From Balanoglossus misakiensis (lineage: Eukaryota; Animalia; Hemichordata), in NCBI GenBank assembly GCA_040954595.2, contig CM082589.2, positions 6,941,186 to 7,005,185 of the forward strand: a DNA stretch of 64,000 nt, in the 5' to 3' direction. A model generated the notes under the pieces. The model searched no databases. It saw only the letters and a program-made list of their open reading frames with translations, and had not been told where the DNA came from. Positions within the stretch are counted from its first letter, which is position 1; each line of letters begins with the position of its first letter. Both the position numbers and the translations under genes were made by a program. Shown here in pieces: positions 26,255-39,131 of this stretch.

Positions 26255-28504
26255 TCACAGAACGTACACTCTGATGCAGTGGTTTTCACTGTCAGCTACA
26301 AACAGCTTCGAGGGCACACAATCAGCTACAACCATTCCTTTTGGGTAATTCAGTCCATCTTCCTTTCTATCAACACGGGATATGAATCTTCCATTGAAGT
26401 CAAACTTCTGAATGCGATGACACTGATCAGTGACATACACATATCTGTCGGGGTCAAGACACACACCAGATGCACCCCACAGCTGACCATCCCCTTTCCC
26501 CGAGATTCCAAATTTGTACAGGAACTGATCATCTGCATTGAAGACCTGAACACGGTCATTGTCACATTCAGCTACAAACAACATTCCTTGGTTGTCCACC
26601 ACCATCATGTTTGGTCCTTTGAATTCGCCATTGTTGTCACCATAGCTACCAAACGCTTTGATGTACTGACCATCCAGTGTGTACTTTCTGATACAGTGTC
26701 CTGCAGTTTTGTCTGTGTTGTTTCCAAACTTTCCATCCCAGTCTGACACATAAACAGCGCCATCTAGAGGGCTAATACAGATACCTCTTGGATTCTTCAG
26801 TTCAGGTTGTCCAAAGCATTTGATTTCATTCCCATCCTCATCACTGACAACCACTTGTTTGTTGTTCACATCTGCGATGAAGTATCTGTTATCGGCTGTT
26901 ACAGCTACATCAACTGGAAGGAAATTCTTCTCAAACTTTGTAAATTCCAACGATTTCTTCCACTTCCCATCCATGCCAATAACTTCTATTCTGTTGTTAT
27001 AAAAGTCAGCTACAACCAAATCTCTGTTTCTGTTGATGGCCAAACTGAAAAGAGTGTTGAACTCTCCTTTACCACTGCCTTTCTTTCCAAGTGTTTTCAC
27101 CAATCCTTTGATGACATCAATTTCAAACGGTGATCCAGGTATTTTCTGATCTCCTATCACCATGGTAACTTGATATTTGCCCTCCATCTGTGTGTGAATG
27201 GTTGCAGTGTGTGTGCCGTCTCCGTTGTCAATCACATCCAGATTTTCCTGCAATCCATTTGGCTTTGTGATTGTCACTTTCACTTCTTGTCTTGGGATGA
27301 CTGTTTTCCCGGATTTATCCTTGGTTGTGATCACTACATCAACGGATTCACCTTTCAGGAGACTCTTCGGAATGTTGTCGACTGTACACTCTGAGATGCA
27401 AACATCAGACTTCACCAATCCCAGATTTCCATCTTTTGTAACATTATCAGACGACACGAACTCTACCACCTCACATGTTGTGTCTGGTTTGGTATCCATA
27501 GCAACCAACTCTTCCATTTGACCCATTACAGCTTGACTGCTGGAAACCAGTTGGGATGGTACCCCATGATGCATCATGGTTTCAACATAACTGCAAGTGG
27601 TGACAAGTTTTTCATATTTCAGCTGGAGATCATCCATCTCTGCTTGGAGACCTTTGACCTCTAGGCTGCAATTCAAGTTCAACTTCTTCACAAGCTCTCT
27701 CTCCTCGTTCTCTATCTTGTCAATGAGGGCGTCCTTCTGTCTGGTGACTTTCTGTTTCTCTGCTGCACACTTTTCGGTCACATCATTACACGCAGCCATA
27801 ACCACTGCTGTATTTTTGTCTACATCTTGAGCTTTCACTTTCAACTTCTCCACCATCTCAGACATCTTCTTACTGCATTCATCAGCAACAACTTGAAGGT
27901 ATTGATGGGTGTGGTCAGGAATTCGATGATCGATTATGGTACACTCACTACAGATTGGAATCTGACAAGTTGTACAGTAGTATTTGACCTCATTTTGGGG
28001 ATGATCTTTGCAGTTTAAAGCCTTTTTTAAAACTGCTCTCCGATTCTTATCTTTCTTGTATTCTTCTACGGTCAGTATTTCGTGTGTTGGAGCACGTTTC
28101 AACTTCTTGTGAATTTTTTCAAGGCAGACATCACAGTAATACTGGTGACAATCTTCACAGAACACTGCGGCCTCAACTTCTCCACAAGATTCACACTTAC
28201 TTGATTGTTGCATGCTGGCTGCTTCTTTTCTACTCTCCACAGTTTGCAAGAGTGAATTCATGAAGAAACTGTTGGTGAGTTTGGACACTCTGCCACCAGG
28301 AAGTTGAACTGGACTCTGACAAGTAGGGCAGTGCAGCCGACCAGTTTTTGCCACCAGTTTTTCCAGACAGGGAAGACAGAAGGAATGATAACAGGGTAGA
28401 ATTTTGGGATTCTTGAACTGTTCCAGACATACAACACAGGACAAGAAATCGTCACCGATTTCATCCAGAATCTCGTCAGATGTTTTCAGTTTAGAGGCCG
28501 CCAT
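26255..28504 (-). CDS. TRIM-NHL E3 ubiquitin ligase copy 1 (TRIM2/3/56/71-like; RING, 2 B-boxes, coiled coil, filamin Ig, 6 NHL repeats), 749 aa, intronless CDS
   Basis: C3HC4 RING CVVC..CYHSFCLPC..CPTC; B-boxes CESC..CEDC..CDVC..H and CKDH..CTTC..CSEC..DH; filamin motif DNGDGTHT..GKYQVT..IPGSPF; NHL repeats (GEFKGPNMMVVDNQGMLFVAECDNDRVQVF). ATG in ATAATGG context; cccag acceptor 72 nt upstream. Confidence 0.95.
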   Translation of the reverse strand: MAASKLKTSDEILDEIGDDFLSCVVCLEQFKNPKILPCYHSFCLPCLEKLVAKTGRLHCPTCQSPVQLPGGRVSKLTNSFFMNSLLQTVESRKEAASMQQSSKCESCGEVEAAVFCEDCHQYYCDVCLEKIHKKLKRAPTHEILTVEEYKKDKNRRAVLKKALNCKDHPQNEVKYYCTTCQIPICSECTIIDHRIPDHTHQYLQVVADECSKKMSEMVEKLKVKAQDVDKNTAVVMAACNDVTEKCAAEKQKVTRQKDALIDKIENEERELVKKLNLNCSLEVKGLQAEMDDLQLKYEKLVTTCSYVETMMHHGVPSQLVSSSQAVMGQMEELVAMDTKPDTTCEVVEFVSSDNVTKDGNLGLVKSDVCISECTVDNIPKSLLKGESVDVVITTKDKSGKTVIPRQEVKVTITKPNGLQENLDVIDNGDGTHTATIHTQMEGKYQVTMVIGDQKIPGSPFEIDVIKGLVKTLGKKGSGKGEFNTLFSLAINRNRDLVVADFYNNRIEVIGMDGKWKKSLEFTKFEKNFLPVDVAVTADNRYFIADVNNKQVVVSDEDGNEIKCFGQPELKNPRGICISPLDGAVYVSDWDGKFGNNTDKTAGHCIRKYTLDGQYIKAFGSYGDNNGEFKGPNMMVVDNQGMLFVAECDNDRVQVFNADDQFLYKFGISGKGDGQLWGASGVCLDPDRYVYVTDQCHRIQKFDFNGRFISRVDRKEDGLNYPKGMVVADCVPSKLFVADSENHCIRVYVL

Positions 28505-29145
28505 TATGATGTTTAGTCGAGTCACGCAGCTTTGGTACTGGCTAGACAATGACGCATACACTATGTACACAGTCACCTGGGTACAGTTGATAACGAAAAT
28601 CCTAGAACAGGGTGACCGTTATCAGTATACCATAATCAATACACTCATATTATCATTCTGTACATGTATCCTGACCTCAATAACACTAACACACAAACTT
28701 AATTTCAGGCTTATGTACCAAATTGATTTTTAACAACCAGTCCCTCCGTTACACTGGCAATTTTGACATGAGGTATTTGAAAATGTGACAATACCTTGGA
28801 CTCACTAGTGGTGTCATGGGGTGTCAAACACATTTCATTTTATGTACACAAGAAATAAAGATGATGTTTGTGTGGATGGGAGCCCTCTATAGGCTAGTAC
28901 CTGAGCAATAAAAGGTGATTCAAGTGTTGTTTGCAATAAAATACTGAGAACAGGTTGACCTGACCTGGCACTGCCAATAACCGCATATCACTTTAAAATC
29001 TTGTATCCACAGAAATATCCAAACAAACAGCTCTGCAGGGTGTGAAACTAAAGACCACTGGACAATTTTATTGCAATTCCTATGATTTTGGTCTGGTAAA
29101 ATTAACATGTTTTTTTTTTCAGCCACAAGAGTTTCTAAGGACTTG

Positions 29146-29463
29146 ATTTTGTTTGCTGTCTTGCATGTACATGTATGCATTTATTTTTCTGGCTTGTGTT
29201 GAATTAGTTTTTTGTCAACCTCTGCTTCTGTGATTTCTCAAAATGGTGTCAATTTTGTTTGCTGTCTTGCATGTACATGTATGCATTTATTTTTCTGGCT
29301 TGTGTAGAATTAGTTTTTTGTCAACCTCTGCTTCTGTGATTTCTCAAAATGGTGTCAATTTTGTTTGCTGTCTTGCATGTACATGTATGCATTTATTTTT
29401 CTGGTTTGTGTAGAATTAGTTTTTTGTCAACCTCTGCTTCTGTGATTTCTCAAAATGGTGTCA
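29146..29463. repeat. Tandem triplication, 3 x 106 bp
   Basis: Unit ATTTTGTTTGCTGTC...AAAATGGTGTCA at 29146, 29252 and 29358. Single copy in the paralogous spacers (~34015, ~38629). Confidence 0.92.
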
Positions 29464-31038
29464 AAGCCATGATGAATAATACATGCCCTTGATGAAACCA
29501 AAATGGGTCTTATACAGTGAAGTTTTTTTTTTTTTTATTAAAAACCTAAAGGCCTAAACACAACCTTTCAGTATCTTTTTTTACCTTTACCATGCATGTA
29601 CTTGACACTAAGGCCAGAAGAACATTACCCTTCCAGGATTGAAACAGAATATAAACTTGTTGATGTTATTTTACATAATCTTCTATCCAGTGAAGAACTC
29701 AAAGGTGACAAATTGTTTTGGGCTTGAATCAAATTGAACAACTATTTTGACTCAAGTACTCAAGCTCACAGATGTTCAATTTAACAACAAAGAAATTCGT
29801 GTTTAACTTTTTTATTTTTATCACTCAATTCTTGGAAACTGACCATTATAGGTTACTTGATAATACAAATAAATGCACTGTTAAATCTCATCAAAACAGA
29901 AAGACTTGTTTTCTATTTCAACATGTTCTGAGCACTTGATTGTCACTGCAGACACAAGTTTTCTGGGATAACTTTGGTCAGAATTTTAGCAGATTGTTTT
30001 TATAAGGTGCTGATTCTCACCTCTTTTACAGATACACACCACACATTTGGTCTACATCAAACAACTATTTATGAGAAGCAACCATAAACAACAGCTCACA
30101 TGCACTATTTTGACAAAAGTTTACAGCATATTTTCTTATGAAAGTTTAACATAGGTGTATTAACCTTTGGTTATCTGTACACAGGTCAGACACAGATTGG
30201 AATTCTGTGTACACAAACTCTGCTATTAAACTCAACATCAGCATGTAGTATTGTGCATGCAACTCTGAAATCAGAAAAGAAATTCTCCTGCCAATAATCA
30301 TGACGTATGATCAATTATCATCCCCTTCAAGTCAATCACAAATTGTCCTACAGACTATCAAGGGAAAATTGTATTAAAACCACGTACACATTGACAATAA
30401 AAACCTTGCACCCAGTTCATATACATTTTAAATTTCAACGTTGAAGAAAAAAAGTGTGGGAAAAACTAAAGTCTGGAAAGATGTTAGAGACAACAACATT
30501 CATTAACTCCCAGGACTAGTATTGGATGATTACCGTACCAATAAAATGATGCTCAAATGTTACCCATGATGCAGTTGAAAATATTCTGATGCAAAGAAAA
30601 ATACTATTCTTGTTTAATATAAAGAGTGATTTGGTAAATATTTCTTAAAATCGGTCGATCTTCAATTGTGTTGACCAGGAATTAAAGAAACTAATATAAA
30701 CACTTCCTCCTTGGTGTCCAAATGAAAATGAAAATATCCAAAGCTTTAAAATTTCTAAACAGGTTCAACTGGTTCATTTTTTTTTTGCTTTTGTCCATAA
30801 ATCTATTTATATATGCTATCAAATTTGTCACATACATGTATCAGTGTGTACGATATACTTCAGAACAGTTAGTTTCTTCAAGTTCCTCAATTTGAAAAGC
30901 CATTTTTACCAGAAGACTGATCCCAATTGTTGAATGTCACTTTTACCCACACCCACCCACACACAAGGCATTTGGCTGTGTTCCAGTCAATGCAATACAT
31001 GCAAGTCTTGTTCTGTCTGTCATTGAATACAGTGTCCC

Positions 31039-33596
31039 TCACAGAACGTACACTCTGATGCAGTGGTTTCCAAAGTCAGCTACAAACAGCTTTGTGGGCA
31101 CACCATCAGCTACAACCATTCCTTTTGGGTAATTCAGTCCCTCTTCCTTTCTATCAACACGGGATATGAATCTTCCACTGAAGTCAAACTTCTGAATGCG
31201 ATGACACTGATCAGTGACATACACATATCTGTCGGGGTCAAGACACACACCAGATGCACCCCACAGCTGACCATCCCCTTTCCCCGAGATTCCAAATTTG
31301 TAAAGGAACTGATCATCTGCATTGAATACCTGAACACGGTGATTCTCAAAGTCAGCTACAAACAACATTCCTTGGTTGTCCACCACCATCATGAATGGCC
31401 CTTTGAATTCGCCATTGTTGTCACCATAGTTACCAAACGATTTGATGTACTGACCATCCTGTGTGTACTTTCTGATACAGTGTCCTGCAGTCTTGTCTGT
31501 GTTATCTCCAAACACTCCATCCCAGTCTGACACATAGACAGCGCCATCTAGAGGGCTAATACAGATACCTTTTGGATACTTCAGTTCAGTTTGTCCAAAG
31601 CATTTGATTACATTCCCATCCTCATCACAGACAACCACTTGTTTGTTGTTATAATCTGTCATGAAGTATCTGTTATCGGCTGGTTGTCCACCACCATCAT
31701 GAATGGCCCTTTGAATTCGCCATTGTTGTCACCATAGTTACCAAACGATTTGATGTACTGACCATCCTGTGTGTACTTTCTGATACAGTGTCCTGCAGTC
31801 TTGTCTGTGTTATCTCCAAACACTCCATCCCAGTCTGACACATAGACAGCGCCATCTAGAGGGCTAATACAGATACCTTTTGGATACTTCAGTTCAGTTT
31901 GTCCAAAGCATTTGATTACATTCCCATCCTCATCACAGACAACCACTTGTTTGTTGTTATAATCTGTCATGAAGTATCTGTTATCGGCTGTTACAGCTAC
32001 ATCAGTTGGTTGGAACTTCTTCTCAAACTTTGTAAAGGCCAACGATTTCTTCCACTTCCCATCCAAGCCAATAACTTCTATTCTGTTGTTATAACAGTCA
32101 GCTATAACCAAATCTCCGTTTCTGTTGATGGCCAAACTTACAGTAGTGTTGAACTCTCCTTTACCACTGCCTTTCTTTCCCAGTGTTTTCAACAATCCTT
32201 TGATGACATCAACTTCAAACGGTGATCCAGGTATTTTCTGATCTCCTATCACCATGGTAACTTGATACTTGCCCTCCATCTTTGTGTGAATGGTTGCAGT
32301 GTGTGTGCCGTCTCCGTTGTCAATCACATCCCGAACTTCCTGCAATCCATTTGGCTTTGTGATTGTCACTTTCACTTCTTGTCTTGGGATGACTGTTTTC
32401 CCGGATTTATCCTTGGTTGTGATCACCACATCAACAGATACACCTTTCAGGAGACTCATCGGAATGTTGTCGACTGTACACTCTGAGATGCAAACATCAG
32501 ACTTCACCAATCCCAGATTTCCATCTTTGGTAACATTATCAGATGGCACAAACTCTACCACCTCACATGTTATGTCTGGTTTGGTATCCATAGCAACAAA
32601 CTCTTCCATTTGACCCATTACAGCTGGACTGCTGGAAACCAGTTGGGATGGTACCCCATGATGCATCAGGGTTTCAACATAACTGCAAGTGGTGACAAGT
32701 TTTTCATATTTCAACTGGAGATCATCCATCTCTGCTTGGAGACCTTTGACCTCTAGGCTGCAATTCAAGTCCAACTTCTTCACAAGCTCTCTCTCCTCGT
32801 TCTCTATCTTGTCAATGAGGGCGTCCTTCTGTCTGGTGACTTTCTGTTTCTCTGCTGCACACTTTTCGGTCACATCATTACACGCAGCCATAACCACTGC
32901 TGTATTTTTGTCTACATCTTGAGCTTTCACTTTCAACTTCTCCACCATCTCAGACATCTTCTTACTGCATTCATCAGCAACAACTTGAAGATATTGATGG
33001 GTGTGGTCAGGAATTCGATGATCGATTATGGTACACTCACTACAGATTGGAATCTGACAAGTTGTACAGTAGTATTTGACCTCATTTTGGGGATGATCTT
33101 TGCAGTTTAAAGCCTTTTTTAAAACTGCTCTCCGACCCATATCTTTCTTGTATTCTTCTACGGTCAGTATTTCGTGTGTTGGAGCACGTTTCAACTTCTT
33201 GTGAATTTTTTCAAGGCAGACATCACAGTAATACTGGTGACAATCTTCACAGAACACTGCGGCCTCAACTTCTCCACAAGATTCACACTTACTTGATTGT
33301 TGCATGCTGGCTGCTTCTTTTCTACTCTCCACAGTTTGCAAGAGTGAATTCATGAAGAAACTGTTGGTGAGTTTGGACACTCTGCCACCAGGAAGTTGAA
33401 CTGGACTCTGACAAGTAGGGCAGTGCAGCCTACCAGTTTTTGCCACCAGTTTTTCCAGACAGGGAAGACAGAAGGAATGATAACAGGGTAGAATTTTGGG
33501 ATTCTTGAACTGTTCCAGACAGACAACACAGGACAAGAAATCGTCACCGATTTCATCCAGAATCTCGTCAGATGTTTTCAGTTTAGAGGCCGCCAT
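31039..33596 (-). pseudogene. TRIM-NHL copy 2, frameshifted by an internal 308-bp tandem duplication (truncated ORF 33596-31659; remainder 31662-31039)
   Basis: Same domain series as copy 1. 31373-31680 is repeated at 31681-31988; 308 is not a multiple of 3, giving ...VDNQPITDTS*. Confidence 0.8.
31373..31988. repeat. Exact 2 x 308-bp tandem duplication in the NHL-coding region
   Basis: The copies appear identical by eye; 2-bp (TG) microhomology at the junction, 31681-31682. Confidence 0.93.
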
Positions 33597-35699
33597 TATG
33601 ATGTTTAGTCGAGTCACGCAGCTTTGGTACTGGCCAGACAATGACACATACACTCTGTACACAGTCACCTGAGTGTAGATCATAAATAAATTCCTAGAAC
33701 AGGGTGACCTTTCTTAGCGGGCATTTGCGTTGCTAAGTCACACAGTGCTGATAAATGATCAGATAATAGTACACAATAAAAGGTGATCAAGTGTTGTTTG
33801 CAATAAAATACTGAGAACAGGTTGACCTGACGTGGCACTGCCAATAACCGCATATCACTTTAAAATCTTGTATCCACAGAAATATCCAAACAAACAGCTC
33901 TGCAGGGTGTGAAACTAAAGACCACTGGACAATTTTATTGCAATTCCTATGATTTTGGCCCGGTAAAATTAACATGTTTTTTTTTTTTCAGACAGAAGAG
34001 TTTCTAAGGACTTGATTTTGTTTGCTCTCTTGCATATACATGTATACATTTATTTTTCTGGCTTGTGTAGAATTAGTTTTTTGTCAACCTCTGCTTCTGT
34101 GATTTCTCAAAATGGTGTCAAAGCCATGATGAATATTACATGCCCTTGATGAAAGCAAAATGGGTATTATACAGTAAATTTTGTTTTCATTTTTTTAAAC
34201 CCTAAAGGCCTAAACACAACCTTTCAATATCTTTTTTTACCTTTACCATGCATGTACTTGTCACTAAGGCCAGAAGAACATGTAATACATAGTATCCTTC
34301 CAGGATTGAAACAGAATATAAATTTGTTGATGTTATTTTACATAATCTTCTATCCACTGCAGTGAAGAACTCAAAGGTGACAAATTGTTTTGGGCTTGAA
34401 TCAAATTGAACAATTATTTTGACTCAAGTACTCAAGCTCACAGATATTTAATTTAACAACAAAGGAATTCATGTTTAACCTTTTTATTTCTATCACTCAA
34501 TTCTTGGAAATGGCCCATTACAGGTTACTTGATAATACAAATAAATGCACTGTTTAAACCTCATCAAAACAGAAAGACTTGTTTTCTATTTCAACATGTT
34601 CTGAGCACTTAATTGCCACTGCAGACACAAGTTTTCTGGGATAACTTTGGTCAGAATTTTAGCAGATTGTTTTTATAAGGTGCTGATTCTCACCTCTTTT
34701 ACTGTACAGATACACTCCACACACTTTGTCTACATCAAACAACTATTTATGAGAAGCAATCATAAACAACAGCTAACATGGAATAATTTGACAAAAGTTT
34801 ACAGCACATTTTCTTATGAAAGTTTAACATAGGTGTATTAACCTTTGGTTATCTGTACACAGGTCAGACACAGATCGGAATTCTGTGTACACAGACTCTG
34901 CTATTAAACTCAACATCAGCATGTAGTATTGTGCATGCAACTCTGAAATCAGAAAAGAAATTCTCCTGCCAATAAATAATCATGACGTATGATCAATTAT
35001 CATCACCTTCAAGTCAATCACAAATTGTCCTACAGACTATCAAGGGAAAATTGTATGAAAACCACTCACTCCTGGACAATAAAAACCTTGCACCCAGTTC
35101 ATATACATTTTAAATTTCAATGTTGAAGAAAAAAAGTGTGGGAAAAACTAAAGTCTGGAAAGATGTTAGAGACAACAACAGTCATTAACTCCCAGGACTA
35201 GTATTGGATGATTACTGTACCAATAAAATGATGCTCAAATGTTACCCAAGATGCAGTGGAAAATATTCTGATGCAAAGAAAAATACCATTCTTGTTTAAT
35301 ATACAGAGTGATTTGGTAAATATTTTTTAAAATCGGTCAATCTTCAATTGTGTTGACCAGGAATTAAAGAAAATAATATAAACACATCCTCCTTGGTGTC
35401 CAAATGAAAAATGAAAATATCCAAAGCTTTAAAAATTTCCAAACAGGTTCAACTGGTTCCTTTTTTTTTTTGCATTTGTCCATAAATCTATTTACATAAT
35501 GAGTCGAATTTGTATCAGTGTGTAGGACATACTTCAGCACAGTTATTTTCTTCAAGTTCCTCAATTTGGAGAGCCTTTATTTACCAGAACACTGATCCCA
35601 ATTGTTAAATGTCACTTTTAGTTTTACACACACCCACACACAAGTCTTTTGGCTGTGTTCCAGTCAATGCAATACATGCAAGTCTTGTTCTGTCTGTCA

Positions 35700-37964
35700 T
35701 TAAATACAGTGTCTTCCCAGAACGTACACTCTGATGCAGTGATTGTTTCTGTCAGCTACAAACAGCTTTGTGGGCACACAATCAGCTACAACCATTCCTG
35801 CTGGGTAATTCAGTCCATCTTCCTTTCTATCAACACGGGATATGAATCTTCCACTGAAGTCAAACTTCTGAATGCGATCACACAAATCAGTGACATACAC
35901 ATATCTGTCGGGGTCAAGACACACACCAGATGGACCCAACAGCTGACCATCCCCTTCCCCTAAGATTCCAAATTTGTACAGGAACTGATCATCTGCATTG
36001 AAGACCTGAACACGGTGATTCACACAGTCAGCTACAAACAACATTCCTTGGTTGTCCACCACCATTCTGTTTGGTCCTTTGAATTCGCCATTGTTGTCAC
36101 CATAGCTACCGAAAGACTTGATGTACTGACCATCCTGTGTGTACTTTCTGATACAGTGTCCTGTAGTCTTGTCTGTGCCATCTCCAAACTCTCCAACCCA
36201 GTCTGACACATAAACAGCGCCATCTAGAGGGCTAATACAGATACCTTTTGGATTCTTCAGTTCAGTTTGTCCAAAGCATTTGATTACATTTCCATCCTCA
36301 TCACTCACAACCAGTTGTTTGTTGTTCTTGTCTGTCATGAAGTACTTGTTATCGGCTGATACAGCTACATCAGATGGAAGGAACTTCTTCTCAAACTTTG
36401 TAAAGGCCAACGATTTCTTCCACTTCCCATCCATGCCAATAACTTCTATTCTGTTGTTATTAAAGTCAGCTACAACCAAATCTCCGTTTCTGTTGATGGC
36501 CAAACTGTAAGGAGTGTTGAACTCTCCTTTACCACTGCCTATCTTTCCCAGTGTTTTCACCAATCCTTTGATGACATCAATTTCAAACGGTGATCCAGGT
36601 ATTTTCTGATCTCCTATCACTATGGTAACTTGATATTTGCCCTCCATCTGTGAGTGAATGGTCACAGTGTGTGTGCCATCTCCGTTGTCAATCACATCCC
36701 GAACTTCCTGGTATCCATTTGGCTTTGTGATTGTCACTTTCACTTCTTGTCTTGGAATGACTGTTTTCCCGGATTTATCCTTGGTTGTGATCACTACATC
36801 AACAGATTCACCTTTCAGGAGACTCTTCGGAATGTTGTCGACTGTACACTCTGAGATGCAAACATCAGACTTCACCAATCCAAGATTGCCATCTTTGGTA
36901 ACATTATCAGATGGCACAAACTCTACCACCTCACATGTTATGTCTGGTTTGGTATCCATAGCAACCAACTCTTCCATTTGACCCATTACAGCTGGACTGC
37001 TGGAAACCAGTTGGGATGGTACCCCATGATGCATCAGGGTTTCAACATAACTGCAAGTGGTGACAAGTTTTTCATATTTCAACTGGAGATCATCCATCTC
37101 TGCTTGGAGACCTTTGACCTCTTGGCTGCAATTCAAGTTCAACTTCTTCACAAGCTCTCTCTCCTCGTTCTCTATCTTGTCAATGAGGGCGTCCTTCTGT
37201 CTGGTGACTTTCTGTTTCTCTGCTGCACACTTTTCGGTCACATCATTACACGCAGCCATAACCACTGCTGTATTTTTGTCTACATCTTGAGCTTTCACTT
37301 TCAACTTCTCCACCATCTCAGACATCTTCTTACTGCATTCATCAGCAACAACTTGAAGGTATTGATGGGTGTGGTCAGGAATTCGATGATCGATTATGGT
37401 ACACTCACTACAGATTGGAATCTGACAAGTTGTACAGTAGTATTTGACCTCATTTTGGGGATGATCTTTGCAGTATAAAGCCTTTTTTAAAACTGCTCTC
37501 CGACTCATATCTTTCTTGTATTCTTCTACGGTCAGTATTTCGTGTGTTGGAGCACGATTCAACTTCTTGTGAATTTCTTCAAGGCAGACATCACAGTAAT
37601 ACTGGTGACAATCTTCACAGAACACTGCAGCCTCAACTTCTCCACAAGATTCACACTTACTTGATTGTTGCATGCTGGCTGCTTCTTTTCTACTCTCCAC
37701 AGTTTGCAAGAGTGAATTCATGAAGAAACTGTTGGTGAGTTTGGACACTCTGCCACCAGGAAGTTGAACTGGACTCTGACAAGTAGGGCAGTGCAGCCGG
37801 CCAGTTTTTGCCACCAGTTTTTCCAGACAGGGAAGACAGAAGGAATGATAACAGGGTAGAATTTTGGGATTCTTGAACTGTTCCAGACAGACAACACAGG
37901 ACAAGAAATCGCCACCGATTTCATCCAGAATCTCGTCAGGTGTTTTCAGTTTAGAGGCCGCCAT
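35700..37964 (-). CDS. TRIM-NHL E3 ligase copy 3, 754 aa (5-aa C-terminal extension GRHCI)
   Basis: Intact ORF with the same domains as copy 1. The TGA of the other copies is GGA here. Confidence 0.95.
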   Translation of the reverse strand: MAASKLKTPDEILDEIGGDFLSCVVCLEQFKNPKILPCYHSFCLPCLEKLVAKTGRLHCPTCQSPVQLPGGRVSKLTNSFFMNSLLQTVESRKEAASMQQSSKCESCGEVEAAVFCEDCHQYYCDVCLEEIHKKLNRAPTHEILTVEEYKKDMSRRAVLKKALYCKDHPQNEVKYYCTTCQIPICSECTIIDHRIPDHTHQYLQVVADECSKKMSEMVEKLKVKAQDVDKNTAVVMAACNDVTEKCAAEKQKVTRQKDALIDKIENEERELVKKLNLNCSQEVKGLQAEMDDLQLKYEKLVTTCSYVETLMHHGVPSQLVSSSPAVMGQMEELVAMDTKPDITCEVVEFVPSDNVTKDGNLGLVKSDVCISECTVDNIPKSLLKGESVDVVITTKDKSGKTVIPRQEVKVTITKPNGYQEVRDVIDNGDGTHTVTIHSQMEGKYQVTIVIGDQKIPGSPFEIDVIKGLVKTLGKIGSGKGEFNTPYSLAINRNGDLVVADFNNNRIEVIGMDGKWKKSLAFTKFEKKFLPSDVAVSADNKYFMTDKNNKQLVVSDEDGNVIKCFGQTELKNPKGICISPLDGAVYVSDWVGEFGDGTDKTTGHCIRKYTQDGQYIKSFGSYGDNNGEFKGPNRMVVDNQGMLFVADCVNHRVQVFNADDQFLYKFGILGEGDGQLLGPSGVCLDPDRYVYVTDLCDRIQKFDFSGRFISRVDRKEDGLNYPAGMVVADCVPTKLFVADRNNHCIRVYVLGRHCI

Positions 37965-39131
37965 TATGATGTTTAGTCGAGTCACGCAGCTTTTGGTACT
38001 GGCCAGACAATGACACGTACACTCTGTACACAGTCACCTGGGTACAGTTGATAACGAAAATCCTAGAACAGGGTGACCGTTATCAGTATACCATAATCAA
38101 TACACTCATATTATCATTCTGTACATGTATCCTGACCTCAATGACACTAACAACCAAACTCTGCATACTAGGACTGGGTAAATTTCAGGCTCGTGCACCA
38201 AATTGATTTTTAACAACCAGTCCCTCCGTTTATACACTGGCAATTTTGACATGAGGTATTTGAAAATGTGACAATACCTTGGACTAGTGGTGTCATGGGG
38301 TGTCAAACACAAACATTTCATTTTATGTACACAAGAAATAAAGATGATGTTTGTATGGATGGGAGCCCTCTATAGGCTAGTACCTGAGCAATAAAAGGTG
38401 ATCCAAGTGTTGTTGGCAATAAAATACTGAGAACAGGTTGACCTGACCTGGCACTGCCAATAACCGCATATCACTTTAAAATCTTGTATCCACAGAAATA
38501 TCCAAACAAACAGCTCTGCAGGGTGTGAAACTAAAGACCACTGGACAATTTTATTCCAATTTCTATGATTTTGGCCTGGTAAAATTAACATGTTTTTTTT
38601 TTCAGCCACAAGAGTTTCTAAGGACTTGATTTTGTTTGCTGTCTTGCATGTACATGTATGCATTTATTTTTCTGGCTTGTGTAGAATTAGTTTTTTGTCA
38701 ACCTCTGCTTCTGTGATTTCTCAAAATGGTGTCAAAGCCATAGTGAATATTACATGCCCTTGATGAAACCAAATGGGCATTATACAGTAAAGTTTTTTTT
38801 AATTTTTTTTTTAAAAACCTGAAGGCCTAAACACAACCTTTCAGTATCTTGTTTTACCTTTACCATGCATGTACTTGTCACTAAGGCCAGAAGAACATGT
38901 ATCCTTCCAGGATTGAAACAGAATCTAAACTTGTTAATGTTATTTTACATAATCTTCTATCCAGTGAAGAAGTCAAAGGTGACAATTTGTTTTGGGCTAG
39001 AATCAAATTGAACAACTATTTTGACTCAAGTACTCAAGCTCACAGATATTTAATTTAACAACAAAGGAATTCATGTTTAACTTTTTTATTTTTATCACTC
39101 AATACTTGGAAATGGCCCATTACAGGTTACT

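Noticed and set aside
29146-29463. CRISPR-like array
   Set aside because: Contiguous tandem units with no spacers, eukaryotic context, no cas genes.
31373-31988. Template/variable repeat pair of a diversity-generating retroelement
   Set aside because: The copies appear identical with no adenine-specific mismatches, and no reverse transcriptase is present in the window.
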